Assembly (NCBI GenBank): GCA_015494585.1
Contig: WGAY01000036.1
Coordinates: 9,462 to 73,461 of the forward strand
Reading direction: 5' to 3'
Length of the DNA stretch: 64,000 nt
DNA from: Candidatus Omnitrophota bacterium
GTDB lineage: Bacteria > Omnitrophota > Gorgyraeia > S143-82
The position numbers were made by a program, and so were the translations under genes. Below are positions 41,088 to 49,854 of the stretch, one piece after another (positions within the stretch are counted from its first letter, which is position 1; every line of letters begins with the position of its first letter). The notes beneath the pieces are model-generated. The model made no database searches and was not told the origin of the DNA. It was given only the letters and a program-made list of their open reading frames with translations.

Positions 41088-41975
41088 TTATTCTCTCTTC
41101 ATCTTATTAGATACCCACAACTGCAACATCGATACAGTCAATAGAATAAGCCCAAAGGCAATCCCCTGGGCACAGGCATAACCAAACCTACCAGCACCCT
41201 GCATAGATGCCAGGATCCTTGTCACTGGCACCTCTGTATGATAGCCTGGACCACCATTTGTAGTGGCAGCGATTATATCGTAAATCTGCATACTACCCAA
41301 AATCGTCAATATGGAAACCAATATGAATACAGGTATCATAAGCGGCACAGTAATGTACCAAAACCTCTGCCAGGCATTGGCACCATCGACCCTTGCGGCC
41401 TCATATATTTGTTGGGGAATATTCTGAAGCCCTGCTAAAAAGATAACAAAACCCCAACCAAAGCCCCGCCACATATGCACAGCCGCAACCGCATTCAAGG
41501 CCGTCTTTGGATCAGCAAGCCAGTCCCTTACTAAGTGTTTTAGGCCCATATGGACCAGTGCTACATTCAAGATACCATCAGGATATCTAAATATCCACTT
41601 CCATATCAAACCAATAACAATCCCCGACAACACAGGGGGCAGGTAAAATATGACTCTGTAGACATGACCGCCCTTTATATCATTGGCACATAACAAGGCA
41701 AGTATCAGGGCAATACCATTTTGAATAGTCAACGCCAAAAAGGTAATCCAGGCCGCATTCATGACAGAACTCCACCATACCTTATCCTGGGTAAAGACCT
41801 CTACAAAATTGGCAAGACCGACAAACTGCATATTCGAAGAGATCCCATCCCAGGACATCAAAGATAACTGAAAGACCTTAAAAAAGGGATACAACCCAAA
41901 TACCAGAAACAAAAGCAAGGCAGGCAGTATAAATAGATAATTTGTCAAGGTATACCATCTCTTTACCATAATCAC
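41088..41975 (-). CDS. Carbohydrate ABC transporter permease (MalF-like)
   Basis: FVGLANF, LAGLQNIP..IYEAARVDGA. Confidence 0.95.
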   Translation of the reverse strand: MIMVKRWYTLTNYLFILPALLLFLVFGLYPFFKVFQLSLMSWDGISSNMQFVGLANFVEVFTQDKVWWSSVMNAAWITFLALTIQNGIALILALLCANDIKGGHVYRVIFYLPPVLSGIVIGLIWKWIFRYPDGILNVALVHMGLKHLVRDWLADPKTALNAVAAVHMWRGFGWGFVIFLAGLQNIPQQIYEAARVDGANAWQRFWYITVPLMIPVFILVSILTILGSMQIYDIIAATTNGGPGYHTEVPVTRILASMQGAGRFGYACAQGIAFGLILLTVSMLQLWVSNKMKRE

Positions 41976-41981
41976 ACCAAA

Positions 41982-43325
41982 TCAACTAGCCGTATTGTTC
42001 TGCTTTTGTCTCTTCTTTTCCATCTGGCGAGCCTTGACCTTCTGAACCTCTTCTGCTACTTGTTTAGCGGTCTTTTCTCCCGTAATAATAGACTGAAGGC
42101 CCTTGTCAAAGGCCTCTACAACCACTGAATCCTCTTGAACCGGAAAGTTTCTCGGATGATAAACATATTTCATTCCACTCAAAAATCCCTTTAACTCTTC
42201 CGGTACAGACTCGAGACACCCCCTGACCGCCGGTATGCTCAAGGTCTCTTTGGCCAGCCTTACCTGTTGCTCTTTCTGGGTAAGCCAATTCAGAAATTCA
42301 ACGGCCATCTGGCTTTTATCAGACTTAGCATTTACAGCAAACCATGTCCCAGCACCACCCCAAACCCCTCTGGGATTAGCATTAGAGACCTTAGGCGGAA
42401 GTATTATTCCTATTTCTATCTCGGGATTCATATCCTTATACACATGAACCGCCCATGAACCATTGAAAGCAAAGGCGTCCTTTTCTAGAGCAAACTCCAG
42501 TTCTGCATCTTTATTGGATTTTATTACCACCCCTGACGCAAACACCCCTGCACGAGCCATTCGCTCTATTATGGAGAAGACCTTTATCCAATCGGGATCT
42601 GTATATGGAACATCGCCCCTATAGGTGGCAATCATCTTCTCCTCACCCATAATATTCCAGGCAAAATTAGAGGCCATACAATCTATAAGCCAAGGTTCGC
42701 TAAAACCGCTTACCAGCCCCTGATATCCGGCCTTTTTTACGGCTTCTACCGCAGCCAAAAATTCATCCAGGGTCTGAGGTGGATTTTGAGGGTCTAGTCC
42801 CGCTTCACGAAAAATCTTTTTGTTATATATATATTGGATATTAATTACGTCTATGGGCACCCCATAGATTCCACTCTCTACACCAAACTCATTCCCGGAG
42901 ACAAAAGAAACGCTCTTTAATGCCTCAGGAAAAAACCTGCCCTTCCACTCCTGGTTGTTCTTTTCCATATAGGAATCTAGCTTTAAGACATGGCCTGCCT
43001 TTACAAAGTTTGCAAAGTCACGTTTACTGCCCAGTATACCGTATATCTCTGGGAGAGTATTGGTCTGGGCTGATGCAATTATTTTCTGATTATAGGCCTC
43101 CGAAGGTGCAAAGACTTCCATCTTTACATAAACACCTGTCTTTTCGTAATACTCTCTAGCCAGTTCATTAAGGGCATCTTCCTTATCCGTTAGCCAATGC
43201 CACATAACAACCGTTTTGGACGGATCCGCATTTATCTTATTTTTAGGGGAAAGGCTACAACCTGAAATAAGTAAGAAGGGAAGGAAAGACATAAAAATAC
43301 CCGCAGATATAATCAGCCGTTTCAT
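41982..43325 (-). CDS. Sugar ABC transporter substrate-binding lipoprotein (family 1)
   Basis: Lipobox ISGC, IYGVP, YNKKIFREAGLD, PQTLDEF, GSW; start moved to ATG 43325 (AAAGGAG RBS). Confidence 0.93.
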   Translation of the reverse strand: MKRLIISAGIFMSFLPFLLISGCSLSPKNKINADPSKTVVMWHWLTDKEDALNELAREYYEKTGVYVKMEVFAPSEAYNQKIIASAQTNTLPEIYGILGSKRDFANFVKAGHVLKLDSYMEKNNQEWKGRFFPEALKSVSFVSGNEFGVESGIYGVPIDVINIQYIYNKKIFREAGLDPQNPPQTLDEFLAAVEAVKKAGYQGLVSGFSEPWLIDCMASNFAWNIMGEEKMIATYRGDVPYTDPDWIKVFSIIERMARAGVFASGVVIKSNKDAELEFALEKDAFAFNGSWAVHVYKDMNPEIEIGIILPPKVSNANPRGVWGGAGTWFAVNAKSDKSQMAVEFLNWLTQKEQQVRLAKETLSIPAVRGCLESVPEELKGFLSGMKYVYHPRNFPVQEDSVVVEAFDKGLQSIITGEKTAKQVAEEVQKVKARQMEKKRQKQNNTAS

Positions 43326-43383
43326 AAATTTCTCCTTTCGATTTGTCATACGCTAATGTACGACATACACAAGGGCGGAGTAT

Positions 43384-43412
43384 ACTTTACCATAGTAAGA
43401 TTGTGGCGTCAA
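43384..43412 (-). promoter_or_regulatory. Sigma70 promoter candidate heading the glycan operon
   Basis: TTGACG-17 nt-TAAAGT with extended TG; imperfect palindrome TGTCATAC-N6-GTACGACA just downstream (43344-43365). Confidence 0.55.
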
Positions 43413-43446
43413 TAGTATCGTAAAGATATAGAACAGATATGGCCTG

Positions 43447-44766
43447 CTATTCTAAATATGCCAATTTTCTCTCATAATCCCACTTAGGATAATCCTTAAA
43501 AGGTACAAAATGGATATTGGTATTTATTCCCTTTCTCGATCGTATCGCCTCAGCCATTGTTCCGGCATATAGAAGAAGATCGCCTTTTATAGAATCTGTC
43601 TTTAACTGAAAAAAGATATCGACACCATCCAGGCCCTTTTTCATCTTAAAGGCACCTGTACACCTGGACGCCAGAGCCTCTGTAGAATACAACAAATCTT
43701 TGACCTCCTCCACATACAAAGTCTCTCCAGCTATTTCCAGAGATCTGGGTTTACCCCAGAGGAGGCACAAAGGCCAACGAAGGCCTTCGTCTTCTATACC
43801 ATAACGCGCCACTGCCTCTTCATAGCTCATTAGTCTCACAATCTCCTCTCCGCCATATCTGAGTAAAGGCATCGCTGTATCAAATAACGTCGAGATCACT
43901 AGCCTACTCCCCAACTCTTCCATAAGGAACATTTGCGGACTGTATTGAAATACCATCGGGTAAAATCCATAACCAAAGTCCTCTTCCCGACGAATTATTT
44001 CCTTACGCACCTTGACAGTAAAAGGCGTCTCAAAACACACATTAAGCCCTAACTCTGCCATACCAAAAGAAGAAAATATATCTCTTATTCCAAATGTCTT
44101 TTCAAGATAGATACGATAAGATTCAGGAAATGGCTCCTCCCCTATTATTAGTTTCAAAGCAGTTCCTGCGGCCGCCTCTTTAAAACCCATCTCCAGTAGA
44201 TTTTTCACAAAGGTATTATCCCCGATGAGGATAATCTGGGAAAAATGCCTTCCAAACCGCTTGGCTACTTCTATCGCAGTATCCTCTCTTACACTAGTAT
44301 TTATCACCGAACAAAGAGAGCTGGTTACATATATCCCCATCGACAATGTATTGATTATTAAGGTGGGAACCTTTGCAACACCAAAAAAGAGGTCCAATAA
44401 TAGATCTTGCTGCAACTCTGAGTAGTCGAGCTCCTTTTTAGCAACAACACCAAAAGAAAAAAGTCCACCAGCTCCAGAACTCGGAATAAGCGAAAGAGGC
44501 ACAGGACGATTTTTATATCCAGGAAGGACGAAATCCATCTCGCCAATATGAACTAACCTCTCCTTCTCCAAGACAGGCAATGAAAGGAAGTCTCTATACG
44601 AACCTAAGGGATAGCTAATACCTTCCTCTTTTAAGAACCTCTGGTATCCAGCGGACAAAGAAATTATGCGATTTGCCCTTTTGAGAATAGAGACAGGGGA
44701 AGGATGAATCCCTAATCGAGGGAGCCTCTGGCGGAACAGCCATTTCAACAGATAATATTTCCGCAT
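43447..44766 (-). CDS. Phenylacetate-CoA ligase (PaaK/CapK)-like adenylate-forming protein, degenerate motifs
   Basis: LPVLEK, SSGAGG (cf. SSGTTG), IGEEPFP, SSFGMAELG, MPLLRY. Confidence 0.7.
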   Translation of the reverse strand: MRKYYLLKWLFRQRLPRLGIHPSPVSILKRANRIISLSAGYQRFLKEEGISYPLGSYRDFLSLPVLEKERLVHIGEMDFVLPGYKNRPVPLSLIPSSGAGGLFSFGVVAKKELDYSELQQDLLLDLFFGVAKVPTLIINTLSMGIYVTSSLCSVINTSVREDTAIEVAKRFGRHFSQIILIGDNTFVKNLLEMGFKEAAAGTALKLIIGEEPFPESYRIYLEKTFGIRDIFSSFGMAELGLNVCFETPFTVKVRKEIIRREEDFGYGFYPMVFQYSPQMFLMEELGSRLVISTLFDTAMPLLRYGGEEIVRLMSYEEAVARYGIEDEGLRWPLCLLWGKPRSLEIAGETLYVEEVKDLLYSTEALASRCTGAFKMKKGLDGVDIFFQLKTDSIKGDLLLYAGTMAEAIRSRKGINTNIHFVPFKDYPKWDYERKLAYLE

Positions 44767-44778
44767 ATGAATCTAAAT

Positions 44779-45477
44779 TTAACTCTTAAAATATTCATAG
44801 AATGCAGGTGCAGTTTCTAATACCGTCTTCTCTGCCTCAGGAAGATACAAAACATAGGGATACACCGTACCCATACATTCAACCGGACCACCTACCTGAG
44901 TAAATCTTACCCCTGTTTTAGATAGAAGCTTCTCCAGGGACTTCTCCATCAAGGCCGTCCACCAATTGATACTATTTGCCTTTGAGTATTTATAGGCGGC
45001 CTTATAGAGGCCAAAGACCATTGGCCTATAGCGTCGATTATCTTTGTTAGGATGATTATCTAGATAACTGTCTACCTCGTAATAGAGTGCATCTCCTTGT
45101 CTCTGTCTAAACCCTTTCGATATAACAAGTCTAGAAATCTCAACCGCATTCTCTTCCATTAAACGAATCTTCAGATCTTCAGGGACATGCCGTTCGATTG
45201 GTGCCGCTAATTTTACAGAAAACATAGGAATAAGTCGCATATAACCTATTAAGAAATCTCCTGCAAAGGCACCAAAATGGACAGAAATATCATCCCAATC
45301 ATCTAACTCCGTTTGATCAGGATAATCTTCCTCTCGGATAAAACCACATTCATAACAATATACCTGAAAGCGCAAAGGCCCAGCAAGGCTTGCCACCTCC
45401 TCCAAGGAAAGCTGGCGAAAACAAAACGAAAGCCCCCCTATCTTCTCTATACTTTTATACATCTCCCCCATAATCAC
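44779..45477 (-). CDS. PEP-CTERM/exosortase-associated acyltransferase (FeeM/N-acyl amino acid synthase, GNAT fold)
   Basis: LRFQVYCYECGF...ELDDWD..SVH...MRLI...EISRLVIS..FRQR.GD...ALMEKSL..LL...G..F..VG.PVE..G...PY. Confidence 0.85.
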   Translation of the reverse strand: MIMGEMYKSIEKIGGLSFCFRQLSLEEVASLAGPLRFQVYCYECGFIREEDYPDQTELDDWDDISVHFGAFAGDFLIGYMRLIPMFSVKLAAPIERHVPEDLKIRLMEENAVEISRLVISKGFRQRQGDALYYEVDSYLDNHPNKDNRRYRPMVFGLYKAAYKYSKANSINWWTALMEKSLEKLLSKTGVRFTQVGGPVECMGTVYPYVLYLPEAEKTVLETAPAFYEYFKS

Positions 45478-45514
45478 AGGTTAGCACCCTTTTTATCAAC
45501 TAGCAATAAAAAAA

Positions 45515-45588
45515 TGGCGGTGACTGGACTCGAACCAGTGACGCCGCGGGTATGAGCCGCGTGCTCTGACCACCTGAGCTACACCGCC
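45515..45588 (-). tRNA. tRNA-Met(CAT), elongator type; CCA not encoded
   Basis: GGCGGTGTAGCTCAGGTGGTCAGAGCACGCGGCTCATACCCGCGGCGTCACTGGTTCGAGTCCAGTCACCGCCA cloverleaf; paired G1-C72. Confidence 0.93.
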
Positions 45589-45621
45589 ATATGTAAGTTT
45601 TTATTATATCTTCTAGTAAAG

Positions 45622-45650
45622 AAAAAGGCCAGCAATTTCTTGCTGGCCCT
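45622..45650 (-). terminator. Rho-independent terminator after the PEP-CTERM gene
   Basis: Minus strand GGCCAGCAA-gaaa-TTGCTGGCC followed by TTTTTCTTT. Confidence 0.85.
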
Positions 45651-45672
45651 TTGACAATCTCCTAAATACAAA

Positions 45673-46545
45673 TTACCTTCTTCTCCTCCTAAGGACTAGA
45701 CCAACCAGACCAAATCCAAGAAGGAGCGCACTTGCAGGCTCTGGAACCATATCAGAATCAGCATACGTATTTGCCTGCTGGGTCCCTGCACCTGTAACTA
45801 TCCAACCCAGCCTTGTATTATCTGGTTTGGTATTAAAGTCTACACGAATGTCAGAGCCATCCTGCTGAGTATTGGTATCAAAATAATCCTGCCAAAGCCC
45901 ACCAATTACATCGAAGTACGCACTACCATTACCTGTCAGATTAACATAGTCGAAGTTGTTTTTCATAGTAAAATTATAACCATATTGGTCTGACAGGATA
46001 TGTCCTTGCAAATCTAGTAGTAACTCACCATTGGTTACAGTTGGGAATGTAGCTGTACCTGTGCGAGCACTTGGTCCCTGAACAGTGTAATCCTTAGAAT
46101 AATCTCTATAGATCAATGCTCTTCCACCCACCGAATAGGTGTATCCCTGGGCAGAAATATCGATATCATCAAATCCATAATAAAACATCGTAATCTCATA
46201 AGGAGCCGTATACTTATTGAAGACTACTGTATCGCCACTCAAACCCGTTGGGTCAAAGAATCCATCATTATTCGTATCCTGAACAATGTAAGCAATACGA
46301 CCTATTCCAAAGCTGTCCTCCTGACCATCTCCACTGGGCAACTGAGGCAAAGGAGATCCTCCAGAACCATCATATGGATTGTCGTTGATGGGCATCCACT
46401 TGCCGGCCTGGGCATCATAATTATATAACCTACCCCAGTCGTGAAGGTCGTCAAAAAATATACGAGTAGGGATAGCGTGGGCCACCGCCTGCCAGCCCAA
46501 GAACAACACACCCAGCACACTTGCTAAAGCCAATCTCTTTATCAT
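45673..46545 (-). CDS. PEP-CTERM sorting domain surface protein
   Basis: Signal peptide; D/G/T/Y-rich body; C-terminal VPEPASALLLGFGLVGLVLRRRRR. Confidence 0.95.
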   Translation of the reverse strand: MIKRLALASVLGVLFLGWQAVAHAIPTRIFFDDLHDWGRLYNYDAQAGKWMPINDNPYDGSGGSPLPQLPSGDGQEDSFGIGRIAYIVQDTNNDGFFDPTGLSGDTVVFNKYTAPYEITMFYYGFDDIDISAQGYTYSVGGRALIYRDYSKDYTVQGPSARTGTATFPTVTNGELLLDLQGHILSDQYGYNFTMKNNFDYVNLTGNGSAYFDVIGGLWQDYFDTNTQQDGSDIRVDFNTKPDNTRLGWIVTGAGTQQANTYADSDMVPEPASALLLGFGLVGLVLRRRRR

Positions 46546-46624
46546 CTCTTACCTCCTTTTTTACCACGCTTTCTATTTCCTTTTTTAGCCAATGTAAATA
46601 CACATCAACGGCTATTATTTATAA

Positions 46625-46640
46625 TGCATACTCTGTGCCA
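46625..46640 (-). promoter_or_regulatory. Sigma54 -24/-12 promoter of the PEP-CTERM gene
   Basis: TGGCAC-AGAGT-ATGCA on the minus strand, 80 bp upstream of the ATG. Confidence 0.8.
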
Positions 46641-46737
46641 ATTCCCAAAAATCCTCATCAATGTCATAACATACTTAGATATAAATAGGTTACAGAGAAC
46701 ACTAAATGGAGCACAAGGAGATGGCTCCAATTTAATA

Positions 46738-46754
46738 TGTATATTTTTTTTACA
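46738..46754. promoter_or_regulatory. Enhancer-binding-protein site candidate (TGT-N11-ACA)
   Basis: TGT-ATATTTTTTTT-ACA about 100 bp upstream of the sigma54 -24 element. Confidence 0.6.
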
Positions 46755-46789
46755 TTATGCTATTAAAAGATACATTGGGGCCATTAAAA

Positions 46790-47227
46790 TCATTCAATAG
46801 AAACCTTACCAGACAATGCTGAAACACATACATCCCTGGCCTTGCCCATATCATTACTCACCTCTAAACAGACCCTTGTCTGGGCCTCTCCAGAGGGGAA
46901 AAATACCACTTCATTGCCACCCTGCCAAGCTACATCCAGTCCTTTTGGCAGACAATATCTCTTATCAAGAGCCGTCCACTGTTCCTGGTCTTCTCGAAGA
47001 CTTACCGTCAAACAAGAAGAGGTGTCCAATTCCACCTTTGTCCATCTCCTCCTGGAGATGGCTTCCATCCTTGCATAGTTAAACAGGGCAACACTTCCTC
47101 TCAATGCCGACTTAAGTCGCATCCTTTGAGATCCGCCCCTCAAAAAAGGAATCCCTACCCCCAGCATTATGGTAATAATTGCAAGCACAACCAGTATCTC
47201 TATTAGAGTAAAGCCAGCTCTCGCCAT
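46790..47227 (-). CDS. Minor (pseudo)pilin, GspH/FimT-like
   Basis: GFTLIEILVVLAII prepilin motif; ARMEAI; VVFFPSG. Confidence 0.88.
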   Translation of the reverse strand: MARAGFTLIEILVVLAIITIMLGVGIPFLRGGSQRMRLKSALRGSVALFNYARMEAISRRRWTKVELDTSSCLTVSLREDQEQWTALDKRYCLPKGLDVAWQGGNEVVFFPSGEAQTRVCLEVSNDMGKARDVCVSALSGKVSIE

Positions 47228-47228
47228 C

Positions 47229-47666
47229 TTACCAATTGGTTATATCGTCTTTTTCACCTTTGTCATCCTTGCCGTTTTGGCCAAAGGAGTAGAGGTCGAA
47301 CTTATATTTGTGATGGACTCCAGGATAGGTATACACATAAGGGTTGCCCCAGGGATCAACAAATTCCCCTTTATCATTCAATTGATCCTCCTTGAACTCC
47401 ATATAAGGGCCGTACCAATCTGGATTATCCTCGTTATCACTCAATGCCTTTACCACGTCTGCTATATCACCCCTAGGATATGATCCCATATCTTCCTGAT
47501 ACTGCTCTAGCGCTGACTCAAGTGCGGCTATCTCTGCCTTGGCTCGAGAGATGGTGGCCCTTCTGCGGGCAGCCTGATTGGCGGTGGTAATAAGTCCTGC
47601 CAGTATCATAATTATGGCAATAACGACTAACAGCTCTATAAGGGTAAAGGCTCTCTTCATCCCCAC
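47229..47666 (-). CDS. gspG: Type II secretion major pseudopilin G-like
   Basis: AFTLIELLVVIAII, ALEQYQEDMGSYP, WYGPY, DPWGNPY.Y..PG, DLYSFG..G, DDITNW. Confidence 0.88.
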   Translation of the reverse strand: MGMKRAFTLIELLVVIAIIMILAGLITTANQAARRRATISRAKAEIAALESALEQYQEDMGSYPRGDIADVVKALSDNEDNPDWYGPYMEFKEDQLNDKGEFVDPWGNPYVYTYPGVHHKYKFDLYSFGQNGKDDKGEKDDITNW

Positions 47667-47675
47667 GCTCCTTTC

Positions 47676-48506
47676 CTATAGAGGCTCAAGTACCCTATCT
47701 ATAATGGGCAGGGCCGTCTCGATGTGCCTTATCGGCATCAGATGGATTCCATCACACAATGGACGAATAGCCTCAATTATTTCCAGGGCCATCTTCTGCC
47801 CACAGGCGATCTTATCCTTTGCTGAGGATATGCGTTCTATCATCCCCTCAGGGACATATATGCCAGGGATATTCTCGTTCATATAAACGGCCATTCGCTC
47901 TGAACGCAGTGGAATAATCCCTGCAAGGATGGGCAGCCCTAGTCTTTTCGTCCTTTCTATAAAACGCTCAAATCTATCTATATCATAGACCGCCTGGGTC
48001 TGGAAAAAACGCGCCCCTGCCTTGGCCTTCGCCTCCATCTTGGCAAATTCCACATCCATATCATCTGCACCAGGGTTTGCGGCCGCACCCGTACAGATGG
48101 AAGTATTTTCAGCAATCCAGCGAATAAGAGAAACGGTATCCATATCAAAGACAGCACTGGCACCTGGATGGTCACCTATATGCGTGGGATCCCCTCCCAG
48201 GATAAGCATATTTTCTATACCGAAGCTGGCCAGACCATAGATATCCCCCTTAATGGCAAGTTCATTTCTATCCCTACAGGTATACTGGACAATCGGATTA
48301 ACCCCATATCTTAATGCCCACAATCCAGCCGCCCATGGACTCATCTTTAGATTTGCACCAGGCATGTCGGTTATATTTACTGCATCCACCTTATCTTTGA
48401 CCAGGGAAAATTCCCTGACCATTTCTTCAATATCCATCCCACTGACAGGGTTTATCTCAATAGTAATGAGAAAATCTTTTTGACGGCTTAGATCAGATAT
48501 CTTCAT
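47676..48506 (-). CDS. metF: Methylenetetrahydrofolate reductase
   Basis: VDAVNITD, TCRDRN, LGGD, KAKAGARFFQTQ, ILAGIIP. Confidence 0.93.
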   Translation of the reverse strand: MKISDLSRQKDFLITIEINPVSGMDIEEMVREFSLVKDKVDAVNITDMPGANLKMSPWAAGLWALRYGVNPIVQYTCRDRNELAIKGDIYGLASFGIENMLILGGDPTHIGDHPGASAVFDMDTVSLIRWIAENTSICTGAAANPGADDMDVEFAKMEAKAKAGARFFQTQAVYDIDRFERFIERTKRLGLPILAGIIPLRSERMAVYMNENIPGIYVPEGMIERISSAKDKIACGQKMALEIIEAIRPLCDGIHLMPIRHIETALPIIDRVLEPL

Positions 48507-49380
48507 CTAATCCTTTATCTCCCAATTTCTGGGCCACCAATAGGTAGAGATTCTCCATAAGTACTGCCGAAGTAACCGGACCAACTCCTCCTGGCACAGG
48601 GGTTATTAACTCAGCCCTATCTTTAGCTGTATCGAACTCAATGTCTCCCACCATCTTGCCACTGACAAAGTTGATTCCAACGTCTATGACCACAGTCCCT
48701 TCTCTAATCCACTCTCCTTTCACCAGACCGGCCTTGCCCACTGCAGAGACCAGGATCTCGGCCCTGGAGATATGTTCTGGTAAAAGTCCCCTGTCGTAGG
48801 TAGGATAATGACAGACTGTAACGGTTGCCCGTCTCTGGGCGAGGATCAGACTAAGGGGCCGTCCTACTACCGCACCCTGGCCGATGATAACCACTTCCTT
48901 TCCATACAAGTCCACCCCTATTGCATCCAGGATGTGAACTACGGCGCGTGGTGTAGTTGGAAAAATCGTATCCTCCTGACGAAACATCAGTCCAAAGACA
49001 TTCTCAGGGGAAAGGCCTTCGACATCTTTTTCTTTCTTTAACAACTTTAAGGAATTAAAGACATCGACCCCTGGCGGCATAGGTGTATGCAGTATCACTC
49101 CATCTACTACCTCGTCTCTGTTTGCCATAAGCACTGCATTGTTGAGTTCCTCCTGATATGGACCAACCCGACGATGCCTATACTCTACTCCAAGCCTCTG
49201 GGCCAATCTTTGCTGGGAACGAATATAGGCAGCGGTGTCAGGGTTTGAGCCTGATTCTATCCCCAATAGGGTTGGTTTCCGTCCTAAAAGCTCAGATGCC
49301 TTTTTTATTTTCGGCATTAGATCTTCAATAATACTGTTCGCTATGGCTCTGCCATCTATTATATTGCCGTTTACAACCAT
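48493..49380 (-). CDS. folD: Bifunctional methylene-THF dehydrogenase/cyclohydrolase
   Basis: IIDGRAIA, KDVEG, VIDVGIN, GDIEF, ITPVPGGVGPVT; start likely ATG 49380. Confidence 0.95.
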   Translation of the reverse strand: MVVNGNIIDGRAIANSIIEDLMPKIKKASELLGRKPTLLGIESGSNPDTAAYIRSQQRLAQRLGVEYRHRRVGPYQEELNNAVLMANRDEVVDGVILHTPMPPGVDVFNSLKLLKKEKDVEGLSPENVFGLMFRQEDTIFPTTPRAVVHILDAIGVDLYGKEVVIIGQGAVVGRPLSLILAQRRATVTVCHYPTYDRGLLPEHISRAEILVSAVGKAGLVKGEWIREGTVVIDVGINFVSGKMVGDIEFDTAKDRAELITPVPGGVGPVTSAVLMENLYLLVAQKLGDKGLDEDI

Positions 49381-49421
49381 AAAACACCATCCAGACCTCT
49401 GGTTTTCAAAATCCAATCATC

Positions 49422-49850
49422 TTACACTATCAAAACCGGACAGGAAAGGTAGTCAAGGACCATGCTAAGCAATTTATGCGGGGGCTGGAGGGCGGTTCGC
49501 TTCTTGGTCTCCCTCCCTACCACTACCATGTCGACTTCATACTTTTTAGCAAAATCCAGGACAGTTTTCTCCAGGTTGCCTTCTTCCTGTTCTAGCAATA
49601 TCTTTACATCCTGGTCTTTCGCCATTTCCTCTATTGCGTAAAGGTACTTCCAGCCGTCTTCACTGAGTTCGACATAGGCCTCGCTCTCAGTCTTATGGAG
49701 ATGCTTTACCATAACCTTTATCACATTGGGAGCGATAATGTTAAGGGCTATTATGCGAGCCGCAAGGGGCCTCGCAATCTCTATCGCTACCTTTGCGGCC
49801 TTGAAACTCTCCTCTGAACCTTTTACCAACAATAAGACATTGTTTATCAT
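49422..49850 (-). CDS. Universal stress protein
   Basis: LLLVKGSEESFKAA, EEGN..., VDMVVVG, CPVLIV. Confidence 0.88.
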   Translation of the reverse strand: MINNVLLLVKGSEESFKAAKVAIEIARPLAARIIALNIIAPNVIKVMVKHLHKTESEAYVELSEDGWKYLYAIEEMAKDQDVKILLEQEEGNLEKTVLDFAKKYEVDMVVVGRETKKRTALQPPHKLLSMVLDYLSCPVLIV

Positions 49851-49854
49851 AATC

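Noticed and set aside
45515-45588. CAT tRNA as initiator fMet or Ile2
   Set aside because: Paired 1-72 and no triple G-C anticodon stem exclude fMet; the sequence resembles elongator Met, though Ile2 is not formally excluded without a model
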